Below the pieces are notes generated by a model, which made no database searches, had not been told where the DNA came from, and saw nothing but the letters and a program-made list of their open reading frames with translations. A stretch of 64,000 nt of DNA from Flavobacteriales bacterium (GTDB lineage: Bacteria; Bacteroidota; Bacteroidia; Flavobacteriales_F; PHOS-HE28): NCBI GenBank assembly GCA_016788485.1, contig JAEUSV010000048.1:13956-77955 (forward strand), in the 5' to 3' direction. Within the stretch, counting starts at the first letter, position 1, and each line of letters starts with the position of its first letter. Both the position numbers and the translations under genes were made by a program. This document shows, piece by piece, positions 53,700-61,904 of the stretch.

Positions 53700-56600
53700 G
53701 CGGTGGCGGGCCGGCGCCTGATGCGCTGCCGCACGGCCATGAAGGTACCCAGGGCCATGAGCACGCAGCCCACCCACAGGATGTTGATCCCGGGGAAGAC
53801 GATGGCCTGCAGGATCACGAACTCACGCTCGCTCACGTCCAGCACCACGGTGTCGCCTTTCACGCCCTTGAGGTCGAGGCGCATCTTCAGCTCCGGCAGC
53901 TCGAAGCCCTTGCTGGCCACCGGTTCGCCGAAGCGGGTGATGAGCACCGGACGCGCCTCGAAGCAGCGTGTGCTGTCGTACACGTCGCACACGTTCACCC
54001 GCAGGCTGTAGGCGGTGAACTCCGGACCCAGCACGGCACGCGTCACGCTGTCGCGCACGGTGCGCAGGCTGTCCATGCGGATGATGCTGGTGGGCGTGAC
54101 GATGGACTCGCCGAGCTTCTTCTCGAAGGTGCGCGGCGGCATGTAGTCGCTGGTGTCGCCACCATCGAGCTTGGCGTAGCGGATGTGGGTGTAGAGGTCG
54201 CGCGTGAGCCAGTGGCGCGTGCTGGGCTCGGCCACGTTGCCGAAGCGCGGGTTCAACTGCACGAAGGGCTCCAGCGCGAACTCCCTGGCGCCCGGGCGGT
54301 AGGAACCCCAGCGCTCGGCATGCCACAGGGCCCGGCGCGGGTAGTTCTCCAACTCCTCCCAAAGGCCGGCCCCCAGGTCCTTGAGGAAGTCGATGGACGC
54401 GGTGTGCGCCGCCTTCGCACGGAACAGGCTGTTGCGCACGCGCACGGTGTCGCCGGGGACATACGCGCTGGGCACCGCGGCCAGGTAGTCCATGTCGAAG
54501 TGCAGGTTCACACCTTCCTGGCGGCGGCCGGTGAAGGTGACGAAGTGCGGGCCCATGCGCATGGTGTCGCCCTTGTACAACAGCATGTCCGTGCCGTTGT
54601 CGAAGCCCTCGTTCAACAGGCGCAGGTCGGGGCCCTGCAGGTTGCGGCTGATCTCCTGCTGGCGGCTCGTGCTGATGAGCGCGCCCAGCAGCACCAGGGC
54701 GAAGCCCACGTGCGCCACGCTCGGCCCCCAGCCGTCCCACTTGCCCTTCAGCACCTGCACGAGGTAGCCGGCGTTGGCCACGGCGGCGAAGGCGGTGGCG
54801 AAGTACAGGGCGATCAGGTTGAGGTCGGCGGCCTTGTAGTCGAGCAGCACCACACCGAGCACCGTGAGGGCCAGGGCGATGAGCGCGTGCAGGCCGATGC
54901 GCTTGCCGAAGCGCTTCATGTCGGTGTCCTTGTAGCTGAGGAACTGTCCGATGGCCACCAGCAGCGCCACGATGAAGGCGAAGGGGATCTGCCACTTGTT
55001 GTAGTGGGCCTTGGCGTCGCCGGGGGGCGCGAGCTTGGCCTGGCTCAGGTCCTTGAACAGCTCGATGCCGGTCTTGTCCGCCAGCCAGCCGAACACGTGC
55101 CCGAAGGGTTCGAGCAGCAGGTTGAACACGGGCACGCTGGTGCTAAAGGTGATCTGTGCGGCGCTCAGGACAAGCACCAACGCACCGATGAAGAGCCAGA
55201 ACTCACGGCTCCACACGTTCTCCTCCCTAGCCGTGATCTCTACCCGACGATTTCTACTTCGTCCGTCTTCAGTGGTATTCGGGGCGATAGGCTTCAATGA
55301 GCCAAGACCGATGGCAACTAGCTGGCGCCCGTTACCTCCTTTAGCCACGATTGCGTCGCAAACGACATTAGCTCTTTGCGCGCTGAGCTTCTCATTGATC
55401 TTCGCGTCACCAACATTGTCCGTATGTCCAACCACCTCAACGAGCAGGTCAGGATTGGACTTCATGAACAGTATCACCTGCTCCAGCTTGGCGACGCCTT
55501 CGGACCGTAAATCACTGCTACCAATATCATAGTTGATCTTTACAGGTCTAAGGTGGAATGGAGAGGTGCGGTAGCCCACCACCAGCATCACCACGCTCGT
55601 GATCGCGAAGAGCACGATGGCCGCCACCTGCACCTGCAGGGCCGCACCGAGCACCAGCATCATGCCGCTGATCAGCAGGTAGAAGCGGCGCTGCTCCCAT
55701 TGCTCGTTGAGCATGGCCACGCTGAGCATGATGAAGCTGAGCAGGAAGAGCAGCAGGCCGGGCAGCATGCCCTCGCCGGTGAAGCTGTGCACGCTGGTGT
55801 CGCCGAGCACGCCGCTGCGGGTGAGGAAGGTGCTGTAGAGCACCAGGATGAAGGTGAGCAGGGTGAGGAAGAGGGTGGTGAAGAGGCTCGTGCCCTTGCG
55901 CTTGTTCACCAGCATCAGGTGGCCGGCGCCGACCAGGGTGAGCCAGGGCACGAGGCTCGCGTTCTCCACGGGGTCCCAGGCCCAGAATCCGCCGAAGCTG
56001 AGCGCCTCGTAGGCCCAGGCACCGCCCATGAGGATGCCTACGCCCAGCACCATCACGCCGAAGAAGGTCCACGGCAGCGCGGGGCCGATCCATGCACTGT
56101 ACTGCCGCTTCCACAGGCCGGCGATCGCGTAGGCGAAGGGCACCAGGGTGGCGGCGAAGCCCAGGAAGAGGGTGGGCGGGTGGATGGTCATCCAGTAGTT
56201 CTGCAGCAGCGGGTTGAGGCCGCGGCCATCGGCGAACTGCGGGATCTTGGTGAGGTAGTCGGGCAGCTGCGTCCAAGGCAGGCCCAGGTTCTCGGGCAGC
56301 TCGCGGATCAGCAGGAAGGGGCTGCTGCCCACGCGCACGTCGCCGATCCACACGCCCAGCAGCATGGTGGCCAGGAAGGCCTGCACCAGCGCGAACACGG
56401 TCATCACCGGGGCCTCCCACTCGCCCGCACGGCGCAGCAGGATGTTGCCGAGCACCACGTGCCAGAAGGTCCACAACAGGAAGGAGCCTTCCTGGCCCTC
56501 CCAGAAGCAGCTGAGGATGTAGCGCAGCGGCATGGCCGTGTTGCTGTGCTTCCACACGTAGTCGAACTCGAACCAGTGCTTCAGCAGCATCACGAAGAGC

Positions 56601-56845
56601 AGCCCGATGATGCCGAACACGGCGGCGGTGTGCAGCCGGAAGCCGATCCGGCCCAGCCCGTTCAGGCCCTGTTCCCCGCGGAAGGCGCCGGTGAAGTAGG
56701 CGAGCAGCGAAAGGAAGGCCCCGCCGAAGCTGAGGCTGGTGAGCACATGGCCGAGCGTACCGGCCCAGGCGTGCTCGCCCACGTATGCGATGGTGTCGTT
56801 CAAACCCCGGTGACCTTGTTCTCCTCGTTGTACTTGCTCGGGCAC
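53696..56845 (-). CDS. ccmF: cytochrome c heme lyase / assembly protein CcmF-like (1049 aa) carrying an inserted OmpA-like domain
   Basis: Trp-rich heme-handling motif GGFWAWDPVENASLVPWL, many TM helices and a long C-terminal periplasmic extension. The ATG at 56845 overlaps ccmE by 46 nt. An in-frame TTG at 56803 would give a 4-nt TTGA overlap instead. Confidence 0.85.
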   Translation of the reverse strand: MPEQVQRGEQGHRGLNDTIAYVGEHAWAGTLGHVLTSLSFGGAFLSLLAYFTGAFRGEQGLNGLGRIGFRLHTAAVFGIIGLLFVMLLKHWFEFDYVWKHSNTAMPLRYILSCFWEGQEGSFLLWTFWHVVLGNILLRRAGEWEAPVMTVFALVQAFLATMLLGVWIGDVRVGSSPFLLIRELPENLGLPWTQLPDYLTKIPQFADGRGLNPLLQNYWMTIHPPTLFLGFAATLVPFAYAIAGLWKRQYSAWIGPALPWTFFGVMVLGVGILMGGAWAYEALSFGGFWAWDPVENASLVPWLTLVGAGHLMLVNKRKGTSLFTTLFLTLLTFILVLYSTFLTRSGVLGDTSVHSFTGEGMLPGLLLFLLSFIMLSVAMLNEQWEQRRFYLLISGMMLVLGAALQVQVAAIVLFAITSVVMLVVGYRTSPFHLRPVKINYDIGSSDLRSEGVAKLEQVILFMKSNPDLLVEVVGHTDNVGDAKINEKLSAQRANVVCDAIVAKGGNGRQLVAIGLGSLKPIAPNTTEDGRSRNRRVEITAREENVWSREFWLFIGALVLVLSAAQITFSTSVPVFNLLLEPFGHVFGWLADKTGIELFKDLSQAKLAPPGDAKAHYNKWQIPFAFIVALLVAIGQFLSYKDTDMKRFGKRIGLHALIALALTVLGVVLLDYKAADLNLIALYFATAFAAVANAGYLVQVLKGKWDGWGPSVAHVGFALVLLGALISTSRQQEISRNLQGPDLRLLNEGFDNGTDMLLYKGDTMRMGPHFVTFTGRRQEGVNLHFDMDYLAAVPSAYVPGDTVRVRNSLFRAKAAHTASIDFLKDLGAGLWEELENYPRRALWHAERWGSYRPGAREFALEPFVQLNPRFGNVAEPSTRHWLTRDLYTHIRYAKLDGGDTSDYMPPRTFEKKLGESIVTPTSIIRMDSLRTVRDSVTRAVLGPEFTAYSLRVNVCDVYDSTRCFEARPVLITRFGEPVASKGFELPELKMRLDLKGVKGDTVVLDVSEREFVILQAIVFPGINILWVGCVLMALGTFMAVRQRIRRRPATA
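55225..55565 (-). other. in-frame OmpA_C-like (peptidoglycan-binding) domain insertion within ccmF, lower GC
   Basis: Translation ..PVKINYDIGSSDLRSEGVAKLEQVILFMKSNPDLLVEVVGHTDNVGDAKINEKLSAQRANVVCDAIVAKGGNGRQLVAIGLGSLKPIAPNTTEDGRSRNRRVEITA.. contains the OmpA-like signature GHTDxxGxxxxNxxLSxxRA..NRRVEI. The DNA here is ~50-55% GC by eye against ~68-70% in the flanking ccmF sequence. Confidence 0.8.
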
Positions 56846-57192
56846 TTCATGAGCATGTCGCGCGCATGGAAGTTGCCGTTCTCATCGGCCTCACCGATCA
56901 GCACCAGGCGCTCGCTGCGCTCCAGGTCCTGCGGCTTCGCCTTGTGCAGCATCACGGTGCAGGTGCGGCCCTTGAGGTCGACCATGCTGAACTGCGTGAG
57001 GCTGGCGTTCTGCGAGGGTTCGTACACGATGGCCTGGCTGCGGTCGAGCACGCCCACCACGTGGTACTCCTTGCCGGGGTGCGCCATGGCCTGCTCCAGG
57101 TCGGCGTAGGTGCTGCTGTCGTACAACGAGCCCACCAGCGCGGCGATGGCCACGGCGATGATGAGAATGGCGATGATGTGGGAGCGTTTCAT
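56800..57192 (-). CDS. ccmE: cytochrome c maturation heme chaperone CcmE (CxxxY variant)
   Basis: N-terminal TM anchor (IIAILIIAVAIAALV), an OB-fold-like body (..HVVGVLDRSQ..RLVLIGEADENGNFHARDMLMK) and a C-terminal CPSKY in place of the canonical HxxxY heme-binding motif. Confidence 0.85.
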   Translation of the reverse strand: MKRSHIIAILIIAVAIAALVGSLYDSSTYADLEQAMAHPGKEYHVVGVLDRSQAIVYEPSQNASLTQFSMVDLKGRTCTVMLHKAKPQDLERSERLVLIGEADENGNFHARDMLMKCPSKYNEENKVTGV

Positions 57193-57199
57193 GACGGTG

Positions 57200-57424
57200 T
57201 CACTTTTTCGTGCGCGCCTCCATCCGCGCGATGCGGCGGTCCATGCGGAAGAGCCACAGGCCGATGCCGGCGATGATCACGGTCACCACGGCGATCACGG
57301 TGTTGATCTTGCCGCTGTGGTACAGCTGCTCCTCCAGCCAGCCGGGTGCACTGCCTTGCGCGAAGGTGGCGCCGGTCATGAGCATGCCGAGGAGGAACGC
57401 GGGTGCCCTACGGATGGTTCGCAT
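57200..57424 (-). CDS. ccmD: CcmD-like small membrane protein (Bacteroidota-type alternate CcmD)
   Basis: 74 aa with a single TM helix (INTVIAVVTVIIAGIGLWLF) followed by a basic tail RMDRRIARMEARTKK. It lies between ccmC and ccmE and overlaps ccmC by 17 nt. Confidence 0.6.
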   Translation of the reverse strand: MRTIRRAPAFLLGMLMTGATFAQGSAPGWLEEQLYHSGKINTVIAVVTVIIAGIGLWLFRMDRRIARMEARTKK

Positions 57425-58424
57425 CGTCCAGGTGGTGTTGCAGGCGCGCCAGGCGGAGGCGCAGGGTGTACATCCACACGCCGATGCCGATCCAGCCGAG
57501 CACGGCGGGATAGAACACCACGCGCAGGGTGCTGTCGAGGTCGTAGTTGCTGAAGGCGGGGTTGCCGCCGTTGCCGGGGTGCAGGCTGTCCACCGCGTTG
57601 AGGCGCGGCAGGATCCAGATGAAGAGGATGAGCAGCACGAAGGCGAACACGTTGTAGATCGCGGCCAGGCGGGCGCGCTTGCCGGGCTCGGGCACGCTAC
57701 CGCGCAGCACCAGGTAGGCGAGGTAGATGAGGGCGCTCACGGCCGCGCCGTTCAGCTTCACATCGTTGGTCCACCACGCGCCCCAGGTGGCGCGGGCCCA
57801 GATGCTGCCGGTGATGAGGCCGAGCGTGCAGAACACCAGGCCGGTGCGCGCGCTGAGGTCGGCGGCCATGTCGTGCCGCAGGTCGTTGCTGCCCAAGGCC
57901 CGGATGCTCGCCACCACCGAGATGCCGAAGAGCACCATCATGGTGAACCACATGGGCACGTGGAAGTTGAGGTTGCGGATGGTCTCGTACAGGATGTTCC
58001 GGTTCGGGAAGGCGAAGTCGAATAGGTCAATGAACTTTGGTCCAGGGCCACAACCTTGCGGGGCCACGATCCCTTTGCCCAGCCCCTCGGTGAAGAGCGC
58101 CCCGTTCATGTGCACCCGACCCGCGTATACATCCGTCAGGTTGGCCTTCAGCCCGGCCGGAACCTCGAACCTGGCGCGCAGGAAATGGTCGTTCACCACC
58201 TCCACGCCGGAGGGGCATACGTACTGCCCATCGTTCATCAGGAAGACCCGCTCACCGTCCTTGAAGGCGGTGTTGTAGCCGGTGATCTCCAGCGTAACGG
58301 GACCCGGGGCGATGCGGTCGGGGCTCACGTGCACCAGCGCCGGCTTCAGGGGCACTTTCAGGGCCGTGATGGACGCGGCCAGCACCAGCACCACCGCGAG
58401 GATCTTCCACCACCAATGCTTCAT
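57408..58424 (-). CDS. ccmC: heme exporter protein CcmC with N-terminal extra domain
   Basis: WWD-type motif ..WARATWGAWWTNDVKLNGA.. and polytopic topology. 338 aa, so ~100-135 aa longer at the N-terminus than classical CcmC. Confidence 0.85.
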   Translation of the reverse strand: MKHWWWKILAVVLVLAASITALKVPLKPALVHVSPDRIAPGPVTLEITGYNTAFKDGERVFLMNDGQYVCPSGVEVVNDHFLRARFEVPAGLKANLTDVYAGRVHMNGALFTEGLGKGIVAPQGCGPGPKFIDLFDFAFPNRNILYETIRNLNFHVPMWFTMMVLFGISVVASIRALGSNDLRHDMAADLSARTGLVFCTLGLITGSIWARATWGAWWTNDVKLNGAAVSALIYLAYLVLRGSVPEPGKRARLAAIYNVFAFVLLILFIWILPRLNAVDSLHPGNGGNPAFSNYDLDSTLRVVFYPAVLGWIGIGVWMYTLRLRLARLQHHLDDANHP

Positions 58425-58428
58425 CGCT

Positions 58429-59097
58429 CTAGTCGCGCCAAAGGTACGGGAACAGCATCCAGGCCAGCAGCACGGTGATGAGGTCCAGCAGGGCCAATCC
58501 CAGGAAGTACTTGCCGTTCACGCTGAAGGCCACGCCGTCGAGGGCGAGCTTGCTGGCGCGCATCACGGCGATGAGCATGGGCAGCACGATGGGGAAGCCG
58601 AGGATGGCCATGAGCCCGAGCCCGTTGCCGGCCCGTGCCGCGATGGCGCTGATCAAGGTGAGCACCGTGGCGAAGCCGATGCCGCCGAGCACCACCGCGC
58701 CCAGGAACTGCGGCAGGTCAGCTTGTTCCATGGCCTCGCTGCCCACGAAGAGGGCGAAGAAGAGCAGGCTCAGCAGGCTCAGCACCGTCATGGTGGCGGC
58801 GTTGTACAGCGTGCGGGCCAGCACCACGCTCCGCGGGTCGGCCAGGGTGTAGAGGTAGAGCTGCCGGCCGGTGTCCTCGCGCTGGAAGCTGCGGGCCAGG
58901 GCGTTGAAGGCGGCGAAGAGCAGGATGATCCAGAACAGCGCGTTCCAGGTGGCGGTGCCCAGCCCGCCCTTCACGGCCAGGAAGCACACGTACACGGCGC
59001 TTACCACGTACAGCAGCATGCCGCCCCAGGCGTGCTTCTGGCGCAGGTCCAGCAGCACTTCCATGCGCAGCAGGGCGGCGATCTCGCGGGGCTTCAT
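58429..59097 (-). CDS. ccmB: heme exporter membrane protein CcmB
   Basis: 222-aa six-TM-like protein (MKPREIAALLRMEVLLDLRQKHAWGGMLLYVV..) immediately upstream of ccmC (4-nt gap). Size and position match CcmB. Confidence 0.75.
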   Translation of the reverse strand: MKPREIAALLRMEVLLDLRQKHAWGGMLLYVVSAVYVCFLAVKGGLGTATWNALFWIILLFAAFNALARSFQREDTGRQLYLYTLADPRSVVLARTLYNAATMTVLSLLSLLFFALFVGSEAMEQADLPQFLGAVVLGGIGFATVLTLISAIAARAGNGLGLMAILGFPIVLPMLIAVMRASKLALDGVAFSVNGKYFLGLALLDLITVLLAWMLFPYLWRD

Positions 59098-59178
59098 TTA
59101 CGCTGCGCGAAAGTAGCCACCGCACCACCGATGGTGCCGGATAGGTGGAAGAGATTGGCGGGACCGCGGATGGACCGG

Positions 59179-59787
59179 CTACTGTGATGGACGGGAGCCG
59201 CCTGCCCCGGCCGGAAGGCACTTCAGATGGGGTACCTTGCTCCGTATGAGTTCCACGAGGCCGTCGAACTCCGCCGGTTGCATGGCGCTGCGGGGGAAGA
59301 GGTAGGTGTCGTCGGCGCGCAGGAACAGAGCTTCAGGATGGTGCGTGCCGCCGGTCACACTGGACCATGCCACCTCGTATGGCACGCCTGCATGGACCAG
59401 GCGGAAGCCCTGCTCGCTAAGGGCGAGCTGCGACGGGGAATTGGCCTCGACATCCCGCGCGAACTTGCGGATGCGCGCCCGTTCGAGCAGCAACCGGAAT
59501 GCGGCCCGGGCATAGTTGATCAGTGCGGCCAGGAGCACAACTGGCGCCATTACACCGAGGATGATCGCAGCACCTTGCAGCCAGGTCGCGGTCACCAACA
59601 GCATCATGGCGAGCAGGCAACCGGCCATCACGCCCAGGCGCGCCTTCCGTGTCACCTCGCTTCGCAGCGGATCGAACCGCCCTCCCTCGAAGTAAAGGGC
59701 TTCGATGTCGGATGCCCGCGCGTGCAGGTGGATGGTGCCTTCCATGTGGGTCGGTCCGTGGCCGGGCGTGCTTCCACTTGGCAACAA
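59179..59787 (-). CDS. hypothetical membrane protein (YcxB-like topology)
   Basis: Two adjacent TM helices (..LGVMAGCLLAMMLLVTATWL..AIILGVMAPVVLLAALI..) followed by a soluble domain. Start uncertain (alternative MEGTIHL at ~59745). Confidence 0.5.
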   Translation of the reverse strand: MLPSGSTPGHGPTHMEGTIHLHARASDIEALYFEGGRFDPLRSEVTRKARLGVMAGCLLAMMLLVTATWLQGAAIILGVMAPVVLLAALINYARAAFRLLLERARIRKFARDVEANSPSQLALSEQGFRLVHAGVPYEVAWSSVTGGTHHPEALFLRADDTYLFPRSAMQPAEFDGLVELIRSKVPHLKCLPAGAGGSRPSQ

Positions 59788-59801
59788 GCGATGCCCCTTT
59801 C

Positions 59802-60266
59802 TCAGTGCTTGCCGCGTTCCTCGCGTTCGCCCTCGCTCCCCAGGTTCGCGTTGAGCCAGGCCACGAGCTTGGCCCGGTCGCCATCGCTGAGGCGCGCCTC
59901 CCCGTGCACCAGGGTGTAATACCCGGGCGGCATCTCGCCCTCGGCCACCTCCTCACCGGCCTCGTGGGTGTGCTTGCCGGTGGCGTAACGGTCCCAAAGG
60001 CTGAAGTTCAGGTGCTCCCGGCCTTCCTCGATGTGGTCCTTCATCCAATAGTTCACCGGGGTGATGGCCGTGTACCAAGGGTAGTTGGTGTGGTGGCTGT
60101 GGCAGTCGTAACAGGTGCTCTTCACGAGCGCCTGGATGTCGGCGGGGGCGTTGGTGCGCACCAGCATGTCGTTCGCAGGTTCGAACGGCGGGTTCACCAG
60201 CTCGGGACGGAAGAACTGGGCCACCAGCAGCAGGCTGATGAGCACGAAGAGGATGCGCTTGAGCAT
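59802..60266 (-). CDS. heme-binding domain protein (CxxCH, Haem_bd-like)
   Basis: N-terminal TM/signal MLKRILFVLISLLLVAQFF. Single heme c motif CYDCH within ..LVKSTCYDCHSHHTNYPWY.. 154 aa. Confidence 0.75.
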   Translation of the reverse strand: MLKRILFVLISLLLVAQFFRPELVNPPFEPANDMLVRTNAPADIQALVKSTCYDCHSHHTNYPWYTAITPVNYWMKDHIEEGREHLNFSLWDRYATGKHTHEAGEEVAEGEMPPGYYTLVHGEARLSDGDRAKLVAWLNANLGSEGEREERGKH

Positions 60267-60317
60267 GGGGGAGGCCTGTACGCGGTGAAGGTAGCGGAGC
60301 GCCGGGCTCCGGAACGA

Positions 60318-60358
60318 GGAAGCCCCGGCCTTGAGCGTGTCGAAGGGCCGGGGCTTCC
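60318..60358 (-). terminator. putative terminator hairpin downstream of 60374..61201
   Basis: Perfect 13-bp stem ggaagccccggcc (60318-60330) / ggccggggcttcc (60346-60358) with a 15-nt loop. On the minus strand it is followed by TCGTTCC. It lies 16 nt after the stop at 60374. Confidence 0.45.
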
Positions 60359-60373
60359 GCGAAGGTGTGCGGG

Positions 60374-61201
60374 CTACTTCTTCTTCTCCTTCACCTCCAC
60401 GGCGCCCGTGGAATAGATGAAGTAGAGGTCCACATAAGGACGCAGCAGCACGGGCATCTTCTTGTTCTTCTCCACCGGCACGATCAGCAGCACCTTGTCG
60501 TCCCAGCGGGCGCCGAGGTAGGCCTTGTACTTCTTGAAGTCGCTGAGGCGGGGGTAGCGCTCGTCGAAGCTGTCGATGCCATCGGGCCAGTTGCGCTCGT
60601 GGCTGCGGAACACCACGGCGTCGATCTCGGCCTGGCTCATGCCGCGCTTGCGCAGGGCCTCGAGCCCGGCGCTGTCGCTGCCCAGGTCGTAGGTGGCGTA
60701 GAGCTCATCGGGCTTCAGGATGCGGGCCTCGCGCAGGTTCTTCCAGCGCGGACCACGGCTGATGGCGGGGCGGGTCTCGGTGGCCTTCACCTCCTTCAGC
60801 GTGCTGTCGGGCAGCAGCAGGTAGAAGTCGGCCAGGGGGCGCAGGTCCTCGGGCATGTGCACGTTGCTGCTGGCGGGCACCATGAGCACGCTGTGCGCCA
60901 CGCTGTCCTCCTTGTAGCTGCAGAGGCGGAAGGCGGTGTAGTTCTGTACGTACGGGCCGTTCGCGGCAAGCGCGCTGTCCGTGCGGATGCCGGCCGGCCA
61001 GTACGCCGGGTCGCTGAAGCGGGTCACCAGGTCCTGCTGTTCGCTACTGAGCCCGCTGGCGTGCAGGCAGGCGTGCGCGGCCTTGCTCTTGGAGAGCTTC
61101 TGGCCCTGGCCGATCCCGGCGTTCGACACGATGCGGAACTGCTGCTGGGCGAACAGGCCTGTGGCAAGGCCGATGGAAAGGAGGAGATGGGCGCTTCGCA
61201 T
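60374..61201 (-). CDS. secreted hypothetical protein
   Basis: Start ATG at 61201 gives signal peptide MRSAHLLLSIGLATGLFAQQ. 275 aa with a Lys-rich C-terminus. No motif recognised. Confidence 0.6.
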   Translation of the reverse strand: MRSAHLLLSIGLATGLFAQQQFRIVSNAGIGQGQKLSKSKAAHACLHASGLSSEQQDLVTRFSDPAYWPAGIRTDSALAANGPYVQNYTAFRLCSYKEDSVAHSVLMVPASSNVHMPEDLRPLADFYLLLPDSTLKEVKATETRPAISRGPRWKNLREARILKPDELYATYDLGSDSAGLEALRKRGMSQAEIDAVVFRSHERNWPDGIDSFDERYPRLSDFKKYKAYLGARWDDKVLLIVPVEKNKKMPVLLRPYVDLYFIYSTGAVEVKEKKK

Positions 61202-61304
61202 GGGGATGCCCCTTCTACGCAACTTCATGCCGAAAGGTACATGGCGGCCCGACCGATCGTTCCCGTTCCGGGAACTTCCGCCATTTTCGCGTGTTGTAAG
61301 CGGC

Positions 61305-61904
61305 ATGAAACACCTCTTCCTGCTCCCGGCCCTCATGGCCCTCATGGCCTGCGGCGACTATGTCACCGTGGGTCCCGTGAAAGTTCCGACCGCCCAACCC
61401 GCCACCACGCCCATGCCCACCGCCAGCTTCCACGGCCTTTCCGCCACCGACATCCATGGCAAGCCCTTCAGCTTCGACCAGCTCAAGGGGAAGAAGGTGC
61501 TGGTGGTGAACACCGCCAGCGAATGCGGCTACACCCCGCAATACCGCCAGCTGCAGGAGCTCTACGCGGCTTACAAGGACAAGGGCCTCGTGGTCGTGGG
61601 CTTCCCCAGCAACGATTTCGGCGGGCAGGAGCCCGGCAACGAGCAGCAGATCGAGCAGTTCTGCCAGGCCAACTACGGCGTCACCTTCCCGATGATGAGC
61701 AAGGTGAGCACCAAGGGCGCGGACCAGCACCCGGTGTACCAGTGGCTCACGCAGAAGGCACAGAACGGCAAGATGGACAGCGAGGTGAAGTGGAACTTCC
61801 AGAAGTACCTGGTGGATGAACAGGGGCAGCTGGTGACCATGCTGGCCAGCGCCGCCGACCCGCTGGGGCCTGAGGTGATCAACTGGATCGAAGGCCGCAA
61901 ATGA
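61305..61904 (+). CDS. glutathione peroxidase family lipoprotein
   Basis: Start ATG at 61305 (MKHLFLLPALMALMACG lipobox). Motifs VVNTASECGYTPQY (peroxidatic Cys), FPSNDFGGQEPG and WNFQKYLV. Confidence 0.9.
   Translation: MKHLFLLPALMALMACGDYVTVGPVKVPTAQPATTPMPTASFHGLSATDIHGKPFSFDQLKGKKVLVVNTASECGYTPQYRQLQELYAAYKDKGLVVVGFPSNDFGGQEPGNEQQIEQFCQANYGVTFPMMSKVSTKGADQHPVYQWLTQKAQNGKMDSEVKWNFQKYLVDEQGQLVTMLASAADPLGPEVINWIEGRK

Noticed and set aside
50809-59097. Functional link among the ccm genes, DUF2520, kdsC, the ubiA-family gene and maf, because they form one overlapping minus-strand gene string
   Set aside because: Tight packing and overlaps (53696/53699, 52902/52921, 52397/52400, 51423/51426) suggest co-transcription. 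The products belong to unrelated housekeeping pathways, so this is most simply a compact operon-like array rather than a new system.
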